A stretch of 64,000 nucleotides of DNA from Utricularia gibba (Eukaryota; Plantae; Magnoliophyta): positions 310,001 through 374,000 of the forward strand of contig NEEC01000012.1 in assembly GCA_002189035.1 (NCBI GenBank), read 5' to 3'. Shown here in pieces: positions 40,590-50,528 of the stretch. The translations under genes and the position numbers were made by a program. Under the pieces are notes generated by a model, which saw only the letters and a program-made list of their open reading frames with translations, searched no databases and was not told the DNA's origin. Positions within the stretch are counted from its first letter, which is position 1. Each line of letters begins with the position of its first letter.

Positions 40590-40975
40590 AAGAATTATTG
40601 TGTAGAGCTTCATTGAAGATGAGTATTCGGAATGAAACCTTGTAAAGGTAAGGTTATTGCAGCCTTATCACCCATGAATGGTTGATATGCAAAACTCCAT
40701 TGAAAGTAATGATTAAAGATAAGACCCATAGAGGTGAGATTGCCATGCAGAGCTTCATTTCTTGGGAACTATTACTTTGTAGATCCTCATTGAAGATGAA
40801 AATTGCAGATGAAACTTATAGAAGAGAGGTTGTTGCATAAAGCTCAATTGGTCATGAAAAGTTTGTGTACATAACTCCATTGAAAATAAAGATTGCAAGT
40901 GAAACTCATAGTAGTGATGTTGCTGCATAGAGCTTCATTGCTTGTAGAAAATTATTGTGTAGGGTCCCATTGAAT
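40590..40975. repeat. 90-bp tandem repeat with 180-bp higher-order structure
   Basis: CATTGAA at 40611, 40698, 40788, 40878, 40968. Alternate units are more similar to each other. Confidence 0.8.
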
Positions 40976-41492
40976 ATAAAATAACTTTGTATAGATAGTA
41001 TCCTGCATGAGGTGTCATAACTTTACACAAACAAATATATCTCGACAAGATAAAAATCACAATCTCAAAGCAATAAAAGTGTCTAAATATAATTATCACC
41101 ATAACATATGTATTTAAGCATCATGCAAAAGGAAATAGTTTAAAATTAGAGATATTCGACAAACGAGAAGGTATTAGTCATACCTCATTTGTCAATAATT
41201 CTATCAGGTAACAATCACATGATGACTCTTTCCCAGATTTGACCTCTCCCTTGTTCACAGGTCTGTCTACCCAGCAGATTCCCGATGTTTTCACATCCCA
41301 CGTCCATTATCTTTTGGGTGAAGGGTGCTAGAGCCTTTGTTTTCTTATTTATGATACTCATAAACGAAAATTCCTAATATCGTTGCAATAAAAATAAAAA
41401 TCCGTATCAAATAAATTTATAATCCCTAATCTACACAAAATACAAATTTAGAAAACTTGTATAGTGGTTATTGGAGTCGATCACGAAGACCT

Positions 41493-42744
41493 TGTGCTTG
41501 CTAAGTATTTTAGTAAATGCATAATTCGGAATAACAATGGTCTTAGTGTAAGCTCGAACCAACAGTGGTAAACAAGTTCGGTAAACAAGATCAGGTTTCA
41601 ATGCGAAAGGTAACAAGTACTGGTTCTGACTCAGAATAATACGAAGATACCTTAAGGTTCTGCAGGTGTGATGCTAAGGTGTCTAATTTAATTTACCATG
41701 TTCCAACACTCACAACTTCAAATAACCTAAGTCTACCCAGGTCATTCATCATATTTTTGGCTAACCTAGTCCTCAATATTATAACCAATATTGCAATTAG
41801 GTCTACCCGCATGCAAAACATATAGAACTAGGTTTATCCAATCCTACTGGTTCTACTCTGGACAAACACCTACTGCTCTCGTCTTGATTTGTTGGTCTAC
41901 CTCTAAATCAAGCATCTAAGTTGTGAAGCTACTTGTTCCCCTCCTTAGGTTTACCCATAGATTGATAGAAATAAAAGCTAAGAAATAAACATAAATTTCA
42001 TTATTAACCCTAAGCACACACCACCATACTTTACCTCAAGGCATCCTTAAGACTTTAGCTACTCATACTTGGAAAAAAAAACACGATTTCATTCAGATAA
42101 GTCGGCAAAAATAACAGGAACATTGTAAGCAAGTCAGATACAGAAACTCAAAACGTTCAGAAAACGGAAAGGAAATAAAGATTGTTCTGTCGCTCGGTTG
42201 CCACTGTTCACAACCCGGAACAATAGCGCTAGACTGGGCTCTGGTCCTACTCTTGACGATGAAGGCCTTCTTCCCCTCTTCTGGTTGGTATTTTTCGTGT
42301 TGGGGAGAAGCCCCCTACGTGCGTTCTATGCTACGCTCTCTCTGTTCTCTTTCTCGCTCTCTCCCCTTTTCGAAAAAAAATATCTCCTCTCCTTCACTTC
42401 ATTGCACTGTTTCTGACCCCAACACTGTTCCCGGCCTGAACTTGTAGACTATAGATGGAAGCAGAACAATGCTCTTTGTCTCTCTTCAGATATTGCGCCC
42501 TTTTTCACCTGTTCCACACGTTTGTAAGTCTTATTTTTCTGTTGATCTCCCTGCTGAACTTAGTCAAACATTAGTAACAAAGGTGGTAGTGGACTAAATA
42601 AAAGGATTTAGTCCACTTTTTAAAATAAACACACAAAATTAACTTAAACACACATAAACATGAAAAACTACATTTATCTAACCTAAACCACAATAAAATA
42701 TAACTATTTTGTATTATAAAATTCAGAGAAAATGTGTGTCATCA
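41493..42744 (-). mobile_element. Athila-like solo LTR
   Basis: Begins TG, ends ATGTGTGTCATCA. Shares CTAGGTCTACCCG and a terminal hairpin with the 862-1950 LTR. No TSD confirmed. Confidence 0.6.
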
Positions 42745-42767
42745 GATACGAGTTGTCTTTTAGGTAC

Positions 42768-43309
42768 TGTTACGGGTGAAAATCGGTATGCTTGACTGGG
42801 CCGATTTTTGGGTCGTAGGTGGTGTCGTTTCCCCTCTTTTTTTTTGTGGTCTATTCGATTTGATTGGATGAAATGGAAGTAGACGGGGATTTTATACGTG
42901 GAAACCACCGTTAGGCAGAAAAACCACGGAGCTATCGGAGCTCGTCGGAGAAAGTCTTTTTTTTTTAACTAGATGGAGATGGTGAAGAAAGATACAGGTT
43001 AGGAGTCTTGAGGTCCAATCCTTTTTCCACCATGATTTCTCCTACTTATAAGGAGTGAAAGGGGACCGATCCGACCGAATCATGAGCTTCGCAGGTGTCG
43101 GCTATCTTTATGCACTTGTGCTATGATCTTGCTTTTCAAACAATCGCCGCCCATTCTGCCGTGGTTCGGTTACTCTTCATACTGAACCATGCCGCTCTGT
43201 CAGATCCTCTGACAAATATCAATCTGTCGACAGACATTATCTCATCGATAACCCTGCATGGCAGCCTTTTTGACAATCCGATTTTCCCCAGCCGGTTTGT
43301 ATCCTATCA
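42768..43309 (-). repeat. 3' LTR of the Tat/Retand element (542 bp)
   Basis: TGTTACGGG...TATCCTATCA, direct repeat of 49992-50516. Confidence 0.95.
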
Positions 43310-43529
43310 CTTAGCCCCTCTGATTTGCCGATGTGGACCCTACTGGAGCAAATCGGCGAATCAGAATCGCAACCCTACCGATTTCGAGTGCATTGATTTC
43401 CTAGGGCGAATCTATGGCCCATTCCATACAAACCCTTTGCCGCGCATCATCCCCAGGCCATGCCACGTTTTTCCCGCTCACCCTGGGTACTTCAAGCGTC
43501 GCATCGATTCACCTTCCGAGTACCTTTTC

Positions 43530-43537
43530 TATAAATA
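43530..43537 (+). promoter_or_regulatory. Candidate TATA box for the antisense gene
   Basis: CTATAAATAC followed ~25-30 nt later by a pyrimidine-rich patch, ~250 nt upstream of ATG 43789. Confidence 0.45.
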
Positions 43538-43912
43538 CGCGGTTATCCCATCACTTCTCCCCTTTGTTCACTTTGTTCCCTCGCGAGATCCCAGTACTTT
43601 TCGAATCCTACTGTGCTCGTCTTCAGCTCCGCCACCGTGAATCTCGCCAGAATTCGAGGTTTCCACAGGTATCAACCTATTCTTCCTCCTTTCCACTCAA
43701 TCTTGGGGGTTTTGGTTACCTTATCTGTGTTTTCCGTTCTTGAGGGCTCATTCATTCCCATTTATGTTCGTCGATTCTTCCGATTTCAATGGGTAGAAAG
43801 TCTAGTGAGCTGAACATTTCCGCCATTCAGGCAAAATACTCAATCCCTGACGAGTATGTTGTTAGTCAAGCCAGGGACGGCCAGATTCCGTGGGGGACGG
43901 GGGAACGACCCC

Positions 43913-44002
43913 CTAGGGTGTTGAGTACTTGGTATGAAGACACGTTAGTACGTGGATACGGGATACGTTGAATTATAAAGTATCATATTTTAGGATACGT
44001 CG

Positions 44003-44044
<42 letters not shown>

Positions 44045-47020
44045 TAATCAATTTTTTATTAAACTAAAAATGACATATAATAAGATACAAAGAGCTTGTA
44101 GAAAATAAAACCAAAGGTTTGCTTTTATAATCAAGCATCTTTTTCTAATATTAGCATACAAGATAAGTAAACTTAAAAAAAATCATTGAGTTAACTTAAT
44201 ATCACTAATTAACATCATCAAATTCAGACTGCATTATATCATCAAGTGCACTAATTTCTAAATCCCAATCAATCTCATCCAAGTTAATATTGGTTGCCTC
44301 ACCAGTAGCATCACCTTCATCTTCAAGAGATTTAACCATCTCATGATCAACATCCCAATATTTTGTCTCACCTTCAGTATACTCAAGAGAAGTTCTTGAA
44401 AGCACACGAAGATTGGTATGCACATATACTAATTTGTCTGCATGTTCAGGAGCTAAAGAAACTCTCTTTGGAGAATGTATAAAACCATATGTACTCCAAT
44501 TTCTTTCACAACTTGAAGATGAAGACACTTGCCCAAGAAGCTTTTTAGCAAAGATTTGAAGATGAGGTGTTGTTGCCCCATAAGCTATCCACCATTCTAA
44601 TGGCTCCATTTTAGATCTGCAAAGCATACTAGTTTGATCTTCAAATGCACCCAGCATTCCTATATACCTTGAAATTTCTGTCATCACAATTGTTCGATCA
44701 TCTTCATCATGAAAACAAAATTCTACCCATTGATTTCTCAAACATAGAAGTTCACCATCAACATCAAGTGGAAGTTGATTTGGATGTTCTAGACGCCATT
44801 GTAATGTTGTACACCTATATAAAAATATTAAAATAAAAACATAAAGTAATTTAAATCAAATTACATATATAGAAATAAAATATGCATACTTGGATTCAAA
44901 GTATGAGCAATGACATGCAAAGTAGTCAAGTTTTGTTGTCTTCTTGCTAATAGAATCCCATGCAAAACACTCCAAAAGTAACATTCCATATGTTCTGGAA
45001 TTTTCTTGTATGTATAAATAGCATTTTTCACATTCAATATCAAAGTATTCCACATATCATAAACCAGATGTAAGGAAGGTCGATCAGTATCACACTTCCT
45101 AATCATACAATGTATAGGTTCAGTGAGAGCCAGAATAAAATCAATCGAATCCCATAACTCATCATTCAATACTTTTTCTTTGATAATAGCAGCCATTTGG
45201 ACATTATTTGATCGATAAGAAGACCACTCAGAACAAGTCACCAAATTAGTCAACTCCATCTTCAATTTTTTGAACCTTTCTAGTATAATACAATGAGATG
45301 CAAAACGAGTATCTGTGATTTTCAGTAGTGCTAAAGAAGAGTACTTCCTAAACATTGATAATCTCGTAGAATGATTTAAAATAAAACTTCTAATAGTCAC
45401 CACACTACTCAAAGCATCATTAATCAAGATCATTTCTTCACAGACATCATTCTTTTGAGAAAATATATCTTTCAATGTCAAATTTAATGTGTGAACAACA
45501 CATGGAGTCCAAAAAACCTGCATAAATAATATATAAATATTCAATGAAAATGATTATAAAGCCTATGGAAATAAAAAAAACAAAATGAAATACCCTAGGA
45601 TATTTCTGTTGAATTATTGAACCAGCTCCTTTGCAATTGGATGCATTATCCATAATGATTTGGACAACATTTGAAGATCCTACTTCTTCAATGACACTTT
45701 GCATAAGAGAAGCCACGAAATTAGAACTTTTTATCTTGCCTTCACAATTTGTAGCTTTGAGAAAAACTGCTCCTGACTGATTTACAGCCAAGAAATTAAT
45801 AAGAGGTCTTCTACGTGGGTCTGACCATCCATCACACACTATAGTGACACCTTTGAACTCCCAAGTGTCCTTAATAATTTGAAGTTTTTCTTCAATACTT
45901 TTTTTTTCTTCATCCAATAATTTGATTCGTAAAGAATCATATGATGGAGGTTTGTAACCTACAAAATACACAAAGTTTTAGTAGAAATTAAATTATATGA
46001 ATAAATAAAAAGCATTCAATGAATTAAAATACAAACCTGGAATGTTTAATTTACATGCTAATTGATATGATTTCTTAAAATGAGGATTGCGAGCAAGCAT
46101 GAAAGGAATTCCAGCAGAATAAAACATTCTTGCAATTTCTTGATCTAATTCTTTTCGAGCCCTTTCATTGTAAATAGTGTCCTGTGTTTGTTGGCCATCG
46201 CTTATTTTTTCCAGCAAATCTTTCCGCATAGTCCATATCCATAGAGGAGCTGTCACATTTTGATTGCAATGAACTGATAACTTTTCCTTTATTTCTTAGT
46301 CTTCTTTCCTCTGCTTCCTTTTCCAAATTAAGCAACATAGCACGGTCTGATCTTGTTATAGTTTCACAAGCCTGTATCCCTTTCCTAGTTAATCCTAACA
46401 AATGTCCCTTCACTCTGGAATATGATCCCTTATAAGTTGAGTCACAATATGAACATATAAATTCGACATTGCCACCTGTTTCTCCAACCCTTCTAACTTT
46501 TGAAACATAATTCCATAATGGTCATACATCTTCAGTTGCATTGCTTTCACTTGTGTTTTCCATTTTCGAATTTCAAGTATCAAGAATCTAAAATAAACAT
46601 TAGTCAAGTCAATACAAATAATCATTACGAATATATAATCAAAGTATCATTCTACCAATCAACAAGATTGTAAAAACTCACCGTCTTAAGTCTTCGTTGT
46701 AGTAAACTCGTCGACTTGTCTTGAGTTGCAAAAGTATAGGCTGCAAATTAATCTCAAAGTGAGAAAGAATCTCTTGAATTGCAAAGATGAGCCGTCGGGT
46801 AAATAGGAGTTGCAAAGAGGTAGGGAAAAATAAATTAGTATTAATTAAAAGGTTTTTAGATATATAATAAAAGATAAACTTAATAAATTACATATTTTAA
46901 TATTAATGTATTAAATAATATTAATTTATGCGCTATCGTACCGTCCTATTCACGTACTAACTATGTAGGATGTGTCGGACACTTAATTTTTCTAAAATTC
47001 TACCATATCTGACACCCTAG
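43913..47020 (-). mobile_element. hAT transposon (BED finger, DUF659-type, dimerization domain), defective transposase
   Basis: TIR CTAGGGTGT / ACACCCTAG. TSD ACGACCCC (43905-43912, 47021-47028). Transposase 46563 to 44205 with 3 introns. Motifs C..C..GSYSRVKGHL, TIVCDGWSD, FWTPCVVHTLNL, SSSSCERNWS. Stop at 46522-46524 and frameshift near 46190. Confidence 0.95.
44003..44044. repeat. (ATT)14 microsatellite in the hAT subterminal region
   Basis: Perfect trinucleotide run. Confidence 0.95.
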
Positions 47021-48879
47021 ACGACCCCTCCCCCAATTTAGCCTTCCAATTCCCTCAGCTTATATGGAGAGCGGTCTTCGCTTTCCTCTTCATCTCCTCA
47101 TTGTCCAATTCTTGAACACATTCGCCGTTCCTCTTTTTCGTCTTTCCCCCAATTCGATATTCTGTTTTACCACCTTTCTCTTCTATTCGGCGGGTCTAGA
47201 CCCGAATCTAACCCTGGTGGATTTTTTTCCAACTTTTCAAAGTCTAATCTGTAAACCTAAACGTCTGATGCACGGCTTTTCTCACTTCCAATTTCGCCAG
47301 TTTGAGGATCACCCTGATTTCATTCTGAAAGCTCTCGATACTCATCACAATTGGTGGTCTTCCTTCGTTTAGGTTGCTCCTCCGTCTGGGGCTAGATGGA
47401 ATTTTCCGATCAAACCCTCCACTCCTTTCAAAATAAAACTTTTCGGTCGCTTTCACCCTTTTGACGACTCTCGTAGAGACGTATATCGAAGACTGGCCGG
47501 GTGTTCCGTCAGGTTCGAGTCTCTCGCATGCCTCCTTGTCGGCATGCGGGATCGTCGGTCGTAATCGGGTCGGGCAATGGCCTGATTTTCTTATTCCCCC
47601 GGGCTCCACTTTGGAATATCGGCACCTTTTGCAGTCTCCACGTAATGTTCCTTCTGATCCGGCTACACTATCCAGCCCCGACTTGATACCCCTTTTTCCT
47701 TCGATCCGGCTCCCGAGCCCCCGACTCGTCTTCCGGCTCAAAAGAAAAGAAAGAGGGTTAAGGCTTGTGTTCAGAAGCCTTCGAAAAGGATAAGAGGTAG
47801 TCAAGTTCCGCTTCACCTGCTTGCGATTTCTTTATCAGTATTTCACCATTTTTCCCACCTACTACCGAAGATATGACTCCTAGAAGCGCTTTGGAGGACT
47901 CGGTCATGGCCCGCTTCTCGACTAAGATGCGTCGGGTACAAGAATCGGATGCCCCCCTTCCATGCAAGTTTTTCTTCTTCTTTTCCTCTTTCTCTCTCTC
48001 CTTCACCGCGACCCGTTGAGGACCCACTCTTGATGCGGGGCACTTTTCGGCTGCCACATCCGTGTCGCTCCCTACAAATGAATTAGGGAGGATTCCCACC
48101 CCACCGGTTCAGGTGGGGATGGATCCCACCTTCTCTCCTTCCTCCTTTCCACCGGAGCTTCGGAAAGCCTTAGAGGAGGCAACACCAGATCCCTTGGAAG
48201 CTCAACCGGAAATCATCCTTAAGGGGATTTGGCAGGTAACTTTCCTTCTTTTTTCTTCTTCACTCTCTCTTTTTTTTTTTTTTTTGGCCTGATGAACTCC
48301 TTTTTTAGGCTTTGACCTTTGGATGGGGATAAAGGGTTGGGATCCGCCTCTGAGGAAATTTCTCAGCTTTGAGCCCGAGTTGAGGCATAGGACGCGAAGA
48401 TAAAATCATTGGGAGAAGAGGGGAATGCGCTGAGGTATATGCTCGGAAAACGCACCCGCAAGGAGGAGGAACTGCAGACCCTAGTGAAAGAGATGGGGAA
48501 GGTGATCGACGATGCCAACTTCGAAAAGGAAGACTTTAAGACGCGTTCTGGGAAGGTTGAGGAGGAGTTGAAGCAGAGTAAAGAACGTGTTTCAGCCTTA
48601 GAGGCCGAACTACTCAAGCAAGAGGCGTCCTAGAGGGAGGTTTTAGAGAACTTTGTGAACTCGGCATGCTTTTCCGAGTTGTCAGACATCTATGCTGGTG
48701 ATTTAATTGGTCTACTCCTGCATCGACAATGATGTCAGATCAGTAAGGAGTTTGGGCTATCCATTATGGATCCTCTTTTTGGAAAGATCAACCCGTTGAC
48801 GAAGGACGAGAACATGCTTGACGTCGTCCCGGATATTTCTCCCGCACCTGAATTCAGTTTCGAAGTGGATCGGGAACGC

Positions 48880-49913
48880 CTAGGTGCACTTATTCGAGCC
48901 AGAGTCGATCGGGAGAACGTCTCCGAGATTCTTCGGTGGGGATTTGGATAGACATTGACTCAGCTTTGATGTTCCCAAGGCCCGCTTCATTATTTCTACC
49001 CTTTCCTTCAAATCTAGCTGGACGTCATGTGCGAGACAGTTGAACCGGTTGATGAATCTCCTTAAGCTTTCTCTTCTGTGGTCGTACCAAATGAAATACA
49101 ACGCTGCCTTTGAGGGTGGAGCCTCGATATTGACAGCATATCGAGTGGTGAAGAGTAGCACCAGATCTTGGCTCCCTTCTGGAGCGAGCAAGCAAACAAC
49201 TTACACTTCGTGGCTTCCGAATGTTGGACCATGGCCATCCTTATGTCGAAATCGATTACGTGAGATATGGGGTCTCCCTTCCCATCATATGTGGGCAGTC
49301 CATCGGGGACTTTGAATCCCTTTTCGGGCTCTTCACGGATCAATTTATCTGAGAAGGGATCAAAACGAAGTGCGGGGGTCCTTGCAGCTCCTTCCACACT
49401 ATTCTTCAAAGCTAGATCAATGTCGGCAAGAACGTCTCCTCTTCCAATGCAAACATTCTGGTCGAAGGCGTCCCTGAAGCCCCTACTCTCTTTCTCTCCT
49501 AGTAGTGTTCGCGCGGCGATGAGCTTTCATCTTTCCCGGATCTGATCCAACTCTCTTTTTAGTTCTTCTTCCCTTTTTTCTAAGAATTCATTAGTCATGT
49601 TTTTCCTATCCGTTCCGGGCTCATAAATGACTTGGTTGCGCCTTTTCCTTCGCAGTATCTCCTCCTCGATCTCGGACTCAGTCTCCGTATCTGGGGGGTA
49701 TTCCGGAATAAGGGGTTGCTTCTCCGCTCGTGGTGCAGTTTCGGGTGTTCCCTCCTGGGCATTGGAGTTCAGACCTGAAGGTGCCCGGAAGTCGGCGAGG
49801 ATTTCCGTTAGCAAGGCCTTCAGTTGTTCCCTGCTGGTGATCATAAGACCGAGGTCTTGCACGTCAGTGCTTCCGTCATGAGCCGGGTCGGTGGCTGTGC
49901 TATTTTCCGCCAT
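48880..49913 (-). pseudogene. Retrotransposon gag (frameshifted)
   Basis: MAENSTAT... start just after the PBS. LPTYDGKGDPISHV..F...M....EATKCKLFACSL..GA.IW and ESLRRFINRF..L are Tat gag motifs, split over three frames. Confidence 0.88.
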
Positions 49914-49968
49914 GATCCGCGCTTAGCGAGTGGCTCTTGTGGATTTCTCGAGTGGGACTGTAGAACGT

Positions 49969-49987
49969 AGCCCCACGGTGGGCGCCA
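49969..49987 (-). other. Primer binding site complementary to the tRNA-Lys(CUU) 3' end
   Basis: Plus strand AGCCCCACGGTGGGCGCCA matches the plant tRNA-Lys(CUU) 3' end plus CCA, 4 nt from the LTR. Confidence 0.9.
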
Positions 49988-49991
49988 AAAA

Positions 49992-50516
49992 TGTTACGGG
50001 TGAAAATCGGTATGCCTGACTGGGCTGATTTTCGGGTCGTGGGTGGTGTTGTTTCCCCTCTTTTTTTTGTCGTCTGTTCGATTTGATTGGATGAAATGGA
50101 AGTAGACGGGGATTTTTTAAGTGGAAACCACTGTTAGGAGGAAAAACCACGGAGCTATCAGAGCTCGCCAAAGAAAGTCTCTTTTTTTTTTTTAACTAGA
50201 TGGAGATGGTGAAGAAAGATACAGGATTTTTTTCCACCATGATTTCTCCTACTTATAAGGAGGGAAAGGGGACCGATCCGACCGCATCATGAGCTTCGCA
50301 GGTGTCGGCTATCTTTCTGCACTTGTGCTATGATCTTGTTTTTCACACAATCGCCGCCCATTCTGCCGTGGTTTGGTTACTCTTCGGATTGAACCATGCC
50401 ACTCTGTCAAATCCTCTGACAAATATCAATCTGTTGATAGACATTATCTCATCAATAACCCCGCTTGGCAGCCTTTTTGACAAACCAATTATCCCCAGCT
50501 GGTTTGTATCCTATTA
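49992..50516 (-). repeat. 5' LTR of the Tat/Retand element (525 bp)
   Basis: TGTTACGGG...TATCCTATTA (terminal CA mutated to TA). Has a ~20-bp deletion relative to the other LTR. Confidence 0.95.
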
Positions 50517-50528
50517 GGTACTTTTTTA

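Larger units (their letters stand above)
43789..48880 (+). pseudogene. Antisense additional ORF of the Tat/Retand element (Transposase_28/PMD-like N-terminus plus coiled-coil), split by a hAT
   Basis: ESGLRFPLHLLIVQFLN.F.V.L.RLSPNS resembles the gypsy-associated Transposase_28 domain. Coiled-coil EEELKQSKERVSALEAELLKQE at 48409-48633. Removing the hAT joins 43789-43912 in frame to 47029-47372. Confidence 0.7.
42768..50516 (-). mobile_element. Non-autonomous Tat/Retand-type Ty3/gypsy retrotransposon (gag plus antisense ORF, no pol)
   Basis: LTRs 42768-43309 and 49992-50516. TSD GGTAC (42763-42767, 50517-50521). PBS at 49969-49987. PPT-like GAGGGGCTAAG (minus) at 43310-43320. Confidence 0.95.

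Noticed and set aside
43095-43640. 181-aa ORF and its counterpart at 50302-50517
   Set aside because: Both start within the LTR repeat. No domain is recognisable and the second copy is truncated.
49969-49987. tRNA-Lys-like sequence
   Set aside because: Only the 3' 19 nt including CCA, next to an LTR. This is a PBS, not a tRNA gene.
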